From: Jimgerdemannia flammicorona
Taxonomy: Eukaryota
Reading direction: 5' to 3'
Length of the DNA stretch: 32,948 bases
Assembly: GCA_003990765.1 (NCBI GenBank)
Contig: RBNJ01000327.1
Span: forward strand, 1-32,948
A program made the translations under genes and the position numbers. The notes below the pieces were generated by a model. That model was not told the origin of the DNA. It saw only the letters and a program-made list of their open reading frames with translations, and did not search any database. Position 1 is the first letter of the stretch. Every line of letters starts with the position of its first letter. Positions 22,650-32,948 of this stretch are shown piece by piece.

Positions 22650-22807
22650 CCCAAGTGGAACACCTGTTCCAAGTGGAACACTCATCTCAAGTGGAACACC
22701 TGTTCCAAGCAGAACACCTGTCCCAAGTGGAACATCTGTTCCAAGTGGAATACATGCCTCAAGTGGAACACCTGTTCCAAGCAGAACACCTGTCCCAAGT
22801 GGAATAC
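22650..22807 (+). repeat. 18-bp tandem repeat, about 9 units, with 72-bp higher-order period
   Basis: Unit (t/c)ccaagtggaacacctgt; variants recur every fourth unit. Confidence 0.92.
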
Positions 22808-22903
22808 TATTACTAGAAATAGCAGGCCTATAGTTAGCCTTATAGCAACCAGATAGCAACCAACTTGTATAAATTACCCCAGAAGCTAGAGTGAATAAAC
22901 CTC

Positions 22904-23104
22904 AGTTCAAAATCAAAAAGCAGGAGCTTCCTTTCCCACTCCGGTTCACTTTCCAATACAAAGTTCGAGTTCAAAATCAAAAAGCAGGAGCTTCCTTTCC
23001 CACTTCGGTTCACTTTCTGATACAAAGTTCGAGTTCAAAATCAAAAAACAGGAGCTTCCTTTCCCACTTCAGTTCACTTTCTGATACAAAGTTTGAGTTC
23101 AAAA
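22904..23104 (+). repeat. 64-bp tandem repeat, 3 copies
   Basis: agttcaaaatcaaaaagcaggagcttcctttcccact... starts at 22904, 22968 and 23032. Confidence 0.92.
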
Positions 23105-23449
23105 GCTTGAACCGCAAAAGTCAATTATCTGGTACACTTAGGAGGAGAAACCTGCCAATGAGCCTCTGCCAAGAAATTACAAGCCTGGAGAATCCAAATT
23201 CTGCCACTCAAGAAGAGCCACCATTTGAAGAGAAATCTATTTAAGTTCAAACACACCGCCTTAGGAATTTTGCCACAAAGCCAGTCTTTTGACACAACTT
23301 CACAGTAGAGCCAGTTTCAACATAGCTCTGCACAAATTAAGCCAGTCTTTGATGTATCTTTGCCAAGAATCTGCCCAAGTTATCCACCATGCCAAAATCG
23401 TCTGCATTTCTAGTTAAAGAAGGAAGTCGCACACAAGAGATTGTCTCAC

Positions 23450-23583
23450 CAGAAATCGCATACTTTTGGAGAATACAATCATCATGCAGAAATTACATAC
23501 TTTTGGAGAATATGATTGTTAAGCAGAAATCACATACTTTTGAAGAATATGATAGTCACCCAGAAATCATCTACTTTTGGAGA
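23450..23583 (+). repeat. 37-bp tandem repeat, about 3.6 copies
   Basis: cagaaatyrcatacttttggagaata... starts at 23450, 23487, 23524 and 23561. Confidence 0.88.
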
Positions 23584-24084
23584 TTGTCGCACTATACAAA
23601 TCATCCGCATTTCAGTTAAAGAAGGAAACTGCTTATGCTACACAAATTATCCACCTATTCTCAGTCAACAAGAGATCAACGCACTATACAGGAATTCCCA
23701 GTTGACCTAATTGGGGAAGCTACACTCAGAGAACCGACCCAATTAGGAAATCGACATACAATTAACTGCTGTATCCAGATTTGACTATTATACCACTAAA
23801 CACCAAAGGACTTCAGGAATCTTAGACTATTTTATTGCTTTTAAACAAAGTAACTGGGGGCTCAAGCCAAATTCACACATCTCCCAACCTTGTAATTTGC
23901 CTCCATTGAGCCAGGCACATTACAATATATATGTATCTAGTTAACTTTTGGTATTGCAATAGATAATAGAGACAGGCCAGTTATATATTTGGGAAGAGAC
24001 AGAAGACTTATAAAGATTTTGATGCTGGTCTGATATTATGACATTCATATAATCATATGATCACTTCTCTGATCACATGTTTTT

Positions 24085-24515
24085 GGATCAGAAATTAGCA
24101 GCAGTCCTACTCTCTCTAGCCACTACTCTCTCAGTCCTGCCCCCACTACTCTCTGGGGCCTCTCTACTAGATCCTACAGCTGCTCCCTTCCCTTTATCAC
24201 CCTGTAGCCAGATATCTAAGCCTATCAATAAGCACTCAGTCTTAACTTTATTAGCAAAGCTCACTCTTCTAGTCTTCTGTCTCTCAACATCACCCCCTTC
24301 TCTTTCACCTCCTTGCCTTCTATATTTATCAGCTAGCAAGCCCAACAGACTTTCTCACTTCTTCCTACATATTACCAGTCAAATATACTAAAGATGGCCT
24401 GCCAAGCATACTCCTTTAATCTCTAATTAGTTGCTATATTATTATCACCTTTGCTCTAAAAACTGTATTAAAAGTATTATCAAAAGTTTGTGTAATATGA
24501 ATTATAGTAGAAAGA
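24085..24515 (-). mobile_element. 5' fragment (UTR and ORF1 start) of the same LINE family
   Basis: The reverse complement resembles 13205-13300 (cat[ag]ttacaca..ctttt). It encodes RRVSFANKVK...KGKG, similar to RSFAETLK in copy 2. Confidence 0.55.
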
Positions 24516-24599
24516 GATGTCTACTTTGTTATTATCAAATTAAATTATATTATAGATATCCTTTATAATATATCCAATTAGAGTATTTGCAGAATATAG

Positions 24600-25080
24600 T
24601 CATCTAAGTATAAAAAGAGTCTGTCAGTAGTCTGGATTTTCTTAATATATTTATTTCTGATTGAGTTCTTATATTATATTATGGATTTGACCATAGGTCA
24701 GAGTAGTAACCTTTTCAGAGATAGTAACTTAGAGATGGAAAATAAAGTACTGTACTTATAGAAGAGTTCTTAGTATTTATATATAATGAGGTTTTAATAT
24801 TAAGATTTTAGTAATATTGGTAGTGTGATAGTAGTTGACTATATCTTCAAGAAGATGACTAATTTGATAGTATCTTGAGATTTGTCTGATTTTGTAGACT
24901 TAATTGAATATGTTTAGATTATTTTATCTAACTTCTATAAAATAGAGAGATCCTAAGTTGTAAATATTCATTAGAGATAGAGGTGCTATAGAATAGTTAA
25001 TAATAGTATTCCAAATATCAGTATAGATATAATTGTAGATTTTAGTAGTTATGTATAAGTATATATTTAAGAATTATGGT
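24600..25080 (+). pseudogene. Highly decayed Gypsy-type integrase remnant from a second element
   Basis: Traces of IMDLT, VIVVDY.FKKM and RDPK resemble SMDF, VVVDRFSKM and SDRDPKF. The region is very AT-rich. Confidence 0.4.
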
Positions 25081-26334
25081 TATCCATTTTTGGTAATTTT
25101 TGTCTCAATATATAGTACGTCTAATATATATATATTTAATCTTAATTTCTAAGGTTCTATTTCTATTAATCTTATATTTTGTAACTTCAGTTTGACTTAG
25201 CTTTATAATCTTAAATTCTGTAACTTATATATAAGTTATCTACTCATCTCATTAGAGAGAATCAGGTTCTACCCACTGTTCAGTATTTTTTATAAAGGTT
25301 TTCTTTATCTATCACTCTATTTAGAGTAGTGGGATCTATAAAAATTAGCTTGGGCATAATTTTATATATATATTGAGGTTTTGGATATATATCTTCAGTT
25401 ATAAGTATATAGTCACTTTCTCTCTAGTAATAGAAAGAGCATAATATATAGAATGAAGTATTGACTAATAATAGTCCTGCTATACCTAACTTAGTTGAGC
25501 TACTGAATAATAATTAGTCTAGATTAATAGAAGTATAGTTCTTAGAGAGAGGGTTTTGGTCTATATAGTTTAGATTCTCTTTTAATAAAATTTTATAGAA
25601 CTTGAGTCTATTAAATTAAAAATAAAATAAAATAAACATTTATATTAAAGAAGTTTCCAACTGCTAACCAGAGCTCATAACCTTGTTATGAGAAATAGAA
25701 GAAGCAATTTATTCTTAATATTTAAGTTATATATTTTACATATTACTAATAAATGATATAAAACTAATAGAATAATATATAGTATAAAGTCACATAACTA
25801 TATATTGAGTTGTTATCCCAATAATATTTCAATTTTATCTATATTATAATTTAAGAGATCTATTTAATTATTTTTTTTTTTAGCTAATAATAAATATAAA
25901 ATTGATAATAGTTATTAATATAATTGAAATTTATAATATTAATTATAAATTATTAAAATAATTAAGTTATAACTTTTCATAATTAAAGTTTGTAATATAA
26001 TATAATTTGTTCTATATTTAATAACAATAATCATAATATATATTGTAGGTTATTTATTAAAAAAAATCAGCAACTTTTGTATTACAAAAAAGAAATAAAA
26101 AATTAATTTTGATTATCTGCAGTTTTACTTTAAATAACTACTTATTAAATTTTAAATTTTTCTCATCTTTAACTTCCTTAAATTATTATATGATCATTCA
26201 TAGATATCCAATGATCATATATATATTAGATTTTGGATCCTCACTGATATCAATACAAGATAATGATATTGGGTGAAATTTATTATTAGACAGACTTTGA
26301 CCAATATCCAGCACATACAACAACAACAATTCAA

Positions 26335-27795
26335 CTGCTTACCTTCTTTCCTTGGTATGGAGTTTTGCACCTGTAGGCATGCCTTGAGCCCCATACCAGC
26401 ATCGGTTTCTGCTGCCGTTTTCTTGTCATCTCTGTGCCAATGTTGACAACGTTTCCAATTTCGGCACCTCCCGGCATTGGCATTTGTTCCAATCCTTTGC
26501 CTTTATTTCCACAGATGACAAGGGGAATCGTATGAAAGAGAGGTATGGCAGATTTACGCATTACAAACTATACGAATTACCAAATAACTGATACGGGACA
26601 ACCGACATATTTTAGAATTACCTGATCCACTCGAATAACATTTTTGACTTTCCATGGAGGTTCGCCACCTTCATCCAAGATCGGGAAGTATGTTTTTATG
26701 TTCGTGGGGTAGATGAGAAGAATAATTGGTGAATAGACAATGATGTGGTTGAAATTTTTTAGGAATTTCGTTTACTGCCAAGTTCATACCAGTTATCGGA
26801 GGCACTTTATCATCCGCCTATTTAGCAAGTAGGGTCAGAGCCGCATTTTCCATTTGGACTGCCTTCGACTTGGGCACAACCTTCTATCCTTTCTCCTTAG
26901 CTTCCACAAGGAGAAGCCCCTGGTATTTATTACGAAATAGTTAAGGCAAATTTATACATTACGTACTCTACGGGATCCAGGTTACATCAGAAGCATTCAT
27001 ACGAGATAATCCTCTAATATTAAAACTATCAAGTGCAAAGGGGGCATTTCCTTACTTTCTGCAGTATTAGGAAGGTATATTTTGTGCAAGACTCAGGTTG
27101 GGGAGAGGAAGGATGAGCGCAATGACAATGACGTGGTTGTAATCGGAGCAGGTATTGCGTCGAGATACCGGTTATGTAGTAATATTTCGATACCCTGGTT
27201 AAAACTCAACCGCCACCGAGGACGACAGGACCCTGGAAATAGGTAAATCGGGTTTATTTTTAAGGATTATTCAGAATACACTCAGAAACAAATGTACAAG
27301 TCAATCCCCTAATTTTAAAATTACGTTGTGCACGGAGATCTGGGAGATTTGTCAATTTTTGCGACCGGGATCGCATCTCGTGCTGAACGATATTCCTTCT
27401 CATCTCGGATGGATTGAAAAATTATGTCCATATCCTTAAATTTCATCGACAGTGCAGGTATTCCTTGTAATTTGGGTCATCGTCGCGCGCCTTCTTCCAA
27501 GGCCGGACCCAGTAGTTAACTTGAAAATACTATTCCGAGAGCCCATACGTCACTGGAAAACGCTCTCCAGATTTCAGGCTCGTCAGAAGGTATTTCCGGC
27601 TCATGTAGAGCCAAGAGCCGTCATCAATAACTTGACGCAGGGTGGAGCGCAGATGCTCGGAGACACGGTCCATAATAAGCATGATCCGATGATCGTCCTT
27701 AATCGCGCTGAGGACGTTGAGGAACCCCCTTCGCCCGGACATGAGATAGTTGCGTCCAATCTCTGCACGGAGGTCCCTTAGTTCCTTAAAACCTT
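26335..27795 (-). pseudogene. Multi-exon gene remnant of unknown family
   Basis: CpG-retaining, exon-like blocks (about 27325-27792, 27055-27235, 26790-26922, 26622-26697, 26343-26567) are separated by AT-rich GT-AG introns, for example ...RVDQ|gtaatt...tatag|FVMRK.... Several in-frame stops are present. Confidence 0.55.
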
Positions 27796-28441
27796 TTAAC
27801 ATATTTGCACCATGTAATTGAACATGGATTTGTAACAATAAATCAATAAAACAATTAAAAAAAAAAAAAAAAAAAGAAGGGAGAGTGGAGGTCGAGCGTG
27901 TCCTGACAAATTCCATCATATATAAATTAGAGAAGTAGGGGAGAGATCGTTTGCGATACATTTGAAAATGACAAGTGAGTAACATGCCATCAAAAAATAT
28001 TTACCTAGGCTCGAATGTTGGAAGCAGAAAACGTTATTCTAAAACTCATTCAAATTTGCTAATAATATGTATCATGCTCAAGATTTCTTTTTACTGATCG
28101 TAGTAAGATCATTAATTTTGTATAAGATACCAGCAGGTTTCATTACCATCTGTGATCAAATTCAAATCATATTTGTATTCGAATTAACTACCCTAATGTC
28201 CAGTGTCCCGCGCCACCTTTCCATTACAATTTACATAATTCCAGCCTTCCGCCTTAGCCACTACCCAAGAGTTCACCTTAGCCACGGCCTTGTACCCTGC
28301 GCCCCCTTCGAGAATACGAAGAAAGGAACTCGAGAAAACATATTGTGAGAATGGTGAACGATTTGTAAACTCTAAACCCCCTTGCCTTCCTCCCTCCTTC
28401 CATCCCCACCCCCAACCGCAAACTTAATAAATTAATTAAAA

Positions 28442-28984
28442 TGCCGAAAAATTCCGACACACACGGCTTACTTACACATGACATTCACTGGAATCGCTTG
28501 TCGACATAGATATGCCATGCTGGGCAAGCCAGCGCCATGGAACCCCTCATTTGCTTGTGCACTCCATGTCGGGGAGGTCCGACGCACCTTGTTTGCCTGC
28601 GTATCCCCACGCTTAATGACGTTTCGCTCGTAGTGCTTGGCCCCATGGAGGGTAGTCGATATTCGATGAAGCTGGGGAGCGTGACTTGGCGATAGCAGAC
28701 ACTGGGCAAACCGGTGCCATGGAACACCCCTTGTGCTTGTGCACCCCAAATATTTTAATTGTCGGGGAGGTCCGACACACCTTGTTTGCCTGCGTACACC
28801 CACCACTCAGGTCGATTCGCCCGTAGTGCTTGGCCCCATGGAGGGTAGTCGATATGCGATGAAGCTGGGGAGCGACGCTTGGCAACAGGAATACTGGGCA
28901 AACCGGTGCTCTTTCAAAGGGTGTATCCACGTTACTCGATGAGGTGGTTCTTGAAGGCGTAAAGGCGGGTTTACAAGCCTTCAT
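28442..28984 (-). ncRNA. Candidate structured RNA: 5' hairpin region plus three tandem units (192, 182 and 94 nt)
   Basis: Long-range helices are conserved across the units with compensatory and G-U substitutions. I recognise no known family. Confidence 0.5.
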
Positions 28985-29002
28985 TTTTTTTTTACCGAAG
29001 TG

Positions 29003-29040
29003 GTCACGTGTCTTTTCAAAGTCTTAAGGAAACGTCATCA
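29003..29040. promoter_or_regulatory. Possible promoter motifs (gtCACGTG E-box and ACGTCA CRE-like half site) just upstream of the candidate RNA
   Basis: Short motif matches within a CpG-retaining island; not specific on their own. Confidence 0.3.
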
Positions 29041-29439
29041 TCGTATCGATACTGGATATGACTCCGTGTAGACAGAGATATAGATGACGGATACATTTAT
29101 AGAAGTGGGGCCTCAAACCGGAACAGTTTTCTCAAGAAGCTTGGTGGAAACGATATTAACGTCCTTAGAGTTGAAAGTGCACCTGTCAACTCGACAGACA
29201 ATAACAATAAATTTTCACTGGCAAAGAGCGGCGTAACTGATTGTTAGTGACGTGCCACTTAAGACGTCGATATGTAAGCCACATTTCCGCTCAACAAGAT
29301 ATCCTATAATTGATAAGTAGGAAATGCAGACAAAAACAAATAAATATAAAGCCCTATGTCTGGAGGAAATTTTCAGTCTGAAAATCACTTTCAGTATTTT
29401 GAATGATATTATCTCTAGAAACAAAGAAAAAATATACTA

Positions 29440-30600
29440 TGAGATACATTAGTTAAATATATTATCTTTGCCTCTTTCTCTGCTATCTTACCAGTCACAA
29501 TGGTTTGGTAGGCAACCTTCTGAGTCCCCTTTCCACAATTATTACCCTCTCTACCTTGGGTTGGTTTGCTGTACCTTTTGCAGGGCAGTGAGAGGGAGGC
29601 AATGGTGATGAGTTGCCCCTTTATCAGTATCAGATTGGTGTCTTCTCTACTTTTTTGCAGTTTCTGGTGCCTTTGGCTGTATCTGGGGTGCATTCATTTT
29701 AGTGCAGTGCCTTCTTCCTTTTGCTGTCACCAATAAGGTGGTATCTCGGTATGTCTCAGGCTACATAGGGAGTTGGCTGACCTTAGGCATCAAGTACTTA
29801 GTGTAGATTATCTGCAGGTCCTCAGTACCTGTAGTGGGGTCCTCTGGCTTTGGCAAGCTTCCCAATGAGTGCAGTTCTGGCATAGGTGGCTGCTTTTTGA
29901 GTGTTATTGGGATGGGAGGGGAGATGGCCATCACAGATAGGAGGAAGGGTGATAACGGTAAACCAGTAGAGTACTAGGCTGGAGGTGGTCATCAGGGCTG
30001 AGGCAGATGCTGCTTCGGTGGGGTCTTTTGATTAGTGTGACATAGTTAGGTGATACATAGGTGACACTCTCAGCTTCTTTTGGCAGGTTGGCAGGTTAGG
30101 CTCCAGTCATCAGATGGGGTCGGGGGGTCTGAGGCTACCTATTTCAGGTATCTTGGCTATACTCAACTAGACCTGGAAGCTGACACAGCAATGTGATCGA
30201 GGCCTACAGGCTTGAGTAGTAGGGTATTAGGAGTCTCCTCCTGCCTTACATATAAGTCCTTTACTTACCTTGACTGGGAGAACCAGACCCTACCAACTGT
30301 ATTATACTTTGATGAGAGTTTTTCTTTATCTGTTATTCTCTTTGAGGTGGCAGAGGCTATTCTATTTGGCTCAGGCATGGTTTTGTATATATGTTGGGTT
30401 CTTAGGCATATGCTTTCAGTTGTTGGCGTATGGTTGGGTTGCCTCTGGTGGAGGAAGAGTATGGTGTACAGAATAAGATATAGGCCACCATAGGCCCTGC
30501 TGTATCTGGCATGGTCGAGCTACTGGACAATAGCTAGCCTAGGTTAATGGAGAAGCAGTACTTGATAGGTGGTGGGGGAGAGTTTTAGCCTATATAGTCT
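29440..30600 (-). mobile_element. CpG-depleted decayed TE remnant, possibly LINE ORF1-like
   Basis: Composition matches the other dead TEs, and there is a CHLC...H trace near 30030-30070. No diagnostic catalytic motif was found. Confidence 0.3.
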
Positions 30601-30648
30601 AGATTCCCTTCCAATAAAAATCTGCAGGATATTAAGTCCATTAAAAAG

Positions 30649-30651
<3 letters not shown>

Positions 30652-30678
<27 letters not shown>
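30652..30678. repeat. (AT)n microsatellite
   Basis: Read directly from the sequence. Confidence 0.9.
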
Positions 30679-30682
<4 letters not shown>

Positions 30683-32948
30683 CTTTAGAAGGTCCTTTGT
30701 TATTAAACTAGCCATATAGTACTACTTTCTATATATTTAAATGAAAATTAATATCAAATATTAATAAATTATACTCTCTTAAAATAAATAATATAAATTT
30801 TTTTATATTTTTACTCTATTTAATAACTTTTCTTTATTATTTATTGAAAATATTTAATAATTAAATATATATAAATATTTATTAATAAATATAAACTATT
30901 AATTTTCTATATGAAAATAATATAAAAGAGTAAATTTATTAATATATATATTTTTATTATATAATTCTTCTTTAATAATTAAGTAATATAATATAGTGAA
31001 TATATACTAATAGAAATATAATAGATTTCTTTATCCTGAATACTTGATCTTCTTTGACTCTTTAGAGTTCTCAGATATAAGGGTGGGTGAGTTCAAAGCA
31101 TATATATCTGCTTATAGGTTTACTATATGTTACTTATTTATTTAAACTATTTTGATCTGATATTTATTTACTCTATATACTAAGAATATTTATATAAGTT
31201 TACTAACCATATAGTAGTTAAGTTAAGATATCTTTTTGTATAAGTTATTTTATATAGTTGAGAGGTCTCTATATCTGTAAAGTCTCTATACTTGAGAGAT
31301 CTATATGTTTATACTTTTTATATAATTATACTAATTATACATATAATATAAGATTGAGTGATTGCTAAAATATAATACTATATTATATCAGCAATTAGAT
31401 TCAGATACTATGATCAAATATCTATCTTCTGATAGTTATTTCTAATTTAGAATAACTATTATAACTTCTTTCAATATAAGTAATTTTATTCTTAAATTAT
31501 ATTATTTAAACTTCTATATTTCAACTAATTATATATTTTTATACTATATAATCTACTCAATTATATTCTTTTAATGATATCTCTTTATCAACTAGAAATC
31601 TCTTAGAACTACTTCTCAGAAATAGACCAAAGCTTACTCTATCTTTGAATAGTTTATAGACCTAGTTGGTTATAGTGATCTGGATATTATATATATATCT
31701 AATACTCTATAATCCATTCTTTTTAGTTATATCATTTTTGTTTAGTATTTTTTCCAACTAGAAGTACTCTTGAAACTCAGCATAGTATTAATTGGCTCCA
31801 AAATGTAAAATTTAGTATAGGTAAACTATATAATATTTTCAATACTATTAAATAATTTTCCTAAAGCTGACAGCTCAGTAATACACTATTATATATCTTT
31901 CTATAGCTTGCTGATAGTACTCTCAATAAATCAAATTACATTAAAGATCCAATTTAATACAATTCAAAATTAATTTCAAATCCTATTTTATAAAATATAA
32001 TAACTTAATAAATATATATCAAATTTATGGATCTTTAGCTTATTAGATTCTTCTATATAAGACAAATCTAATAAGCTAAATAATATTAAATTGAGTTATA
32101 TTTTTATTATGTTATTATATTTCTAAAAATAGAGTTCAAATGAGACTATTAATTTAATTCAAATTAAAAAATTTACAATTCTATTACATTTAAATAACTC
32201 TCAATTTAATTTAATTCAAATTGCTTTGCTTTATTTTGAAATATAGATAGCATTTGTAATCTTGTGAGCTATAACTAGTATTCTAAATAGATACAATTTA
32301 TCAGGATGAGATTAGATTCAGATTTATTATATAATAAATTCAAATCAACTTAGATTAATCTTGTAATCTGATCTGAATTAATTCAGATAGATCAAGATTA
32401 CTTGAAATCTTAGATAATATTACTCTTTTTTTATTCTTCTTTCTTTGTTCTCTCTTCTTTTATTCTCTGATACTTTTTTTTATTTCTTCTGCCATATTAT
32501 AAACAAATAAATAATAGCTTTTAATTATATATTGTTCTACTTATTTTTTTATCTAATGATTATCATAAGAGGGAATATTTGAGATAGTAAAGCACTCTCT
32601 GCTGATAATATTAAATTCTTTCTTATATGAATAGTATATAAGCTACTTATTGAAAGCCAAAGTAGAGGTAGCAATGCCAATAGTGATGGTGATGGTGATG
32701 GTGATGATAAAGCTGAAAATGAGAGAGAATTCTGACAACAACTCATAATGACCCTTTGGACTTCAGAATTCATAGACCTCATTGCTATATATATAGTAGC
32801 CTTTTTAAAGTAATAGTTAGTAGATTTAGATTACTTACTCACTACTATATTTAAATTCTCACAATATAACTAAGTTCATTTTATATTTCTCTTTTTCTTA
32901 GTATCTACAGCTCTATAGTAAGATTGGTCAACTTTTTTTTTTTTTTTT

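Larger units (their letters stand above)
15355..23924 (+). mobile_element. Ty3/Gypsy LTR retrotransposon, decayed, 5' LTR absent
   Basis: Domain order is gag, PR, (Zn modules), dUTPase, RT, RH, INT, extra ORF, PPT, LTR. Confidence 0.92.
22546..23924 (+). repeat. Putative 3' LTR (1379 bp)
   Basis: TG...CA ends with an imperfect terminal inverted repeat (tgtgatgagcc versus ggcacattaca, 9 of 11 matching). It follows the PPT, and composition changes after 23924. There is no second copy in the window to confirm it. Confidence 0.7.

Noticed and set aside
22599..23710. ORFs within the LTR (for example GTGVPL repeats)
   Set aside because: They are by-products of tandem repeats in a non-coding LTR.
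26490..26535. IPLVICGNK resembling the small-GTPase (Ran-like) G4 region
   Set aside because: It continues GNKGK rather than NKxD, and no P-loop or DxxG motif was found in the upstream exons.
28536..28909. Assignment to hammerhead, HDV-like, twister, group I intron, SRP, 5S, tRNA or snoRNA families
   Set aside because: Only fragmentary resemblance was seen. The required cores (CUGANGA/GAAA, HDV P3/L3, canonical P7, GNRA-capped helix 8, C/D or H/ACA boxes) could not be assembled by eye.
28468..28984. ORFs of 69-123 aa across the tandem repeat
   Set aside because: The 182-nt unit is not a multiple of three and the repeat peptide switches frames, so conservation follows base-pairing rather than codons. 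A short uORF from the ATG at 28984 is not excluded.
30700..32948. Possible hAT-like transposase relic (LNLIAD trace on the minus strand near 31390-31410)
   Set aside because: The region is too AT-rich and decayed to support a family call by eye.

Overview
This is eukaryotic, most likely fungal, repeat-rich DNA. The TE types, short introns and AT-rich decay suggest an early-diverging fungus, but that is an inference. Most of the window is a nested retrotransposon graveyard. It holds four decayed, CpG-depleted copies or fragments of one L1/Tx1-like LINE family. A younger, structurally complete Ngaro-type tyrosine-recombinase retrotransposon (2731-8441, minus strand, split direct repeats A1...B1-A2-B2) sits inside LINE ORF1. 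A decayed Ty3/Gypsy element (15355-23924) carries Zn-finger-like modules and a dUTPase between protease and RT, an extra ORF after integrase, and a single 1.38-kb 3' LTR. A CpG-retaining non-TE island (about 26300-29300) contains a multi-exon pseudogene of unknown family. The same island contains the most intriguing feature: a roughly 540-nt minus-strand element of three tandem units whose long-range helices are preserved by compensatory and G-U changes, making it a candidate undescribed structured RNA. No intact host protein gene, rRNA, tRNA or CRISPR array was recognised.
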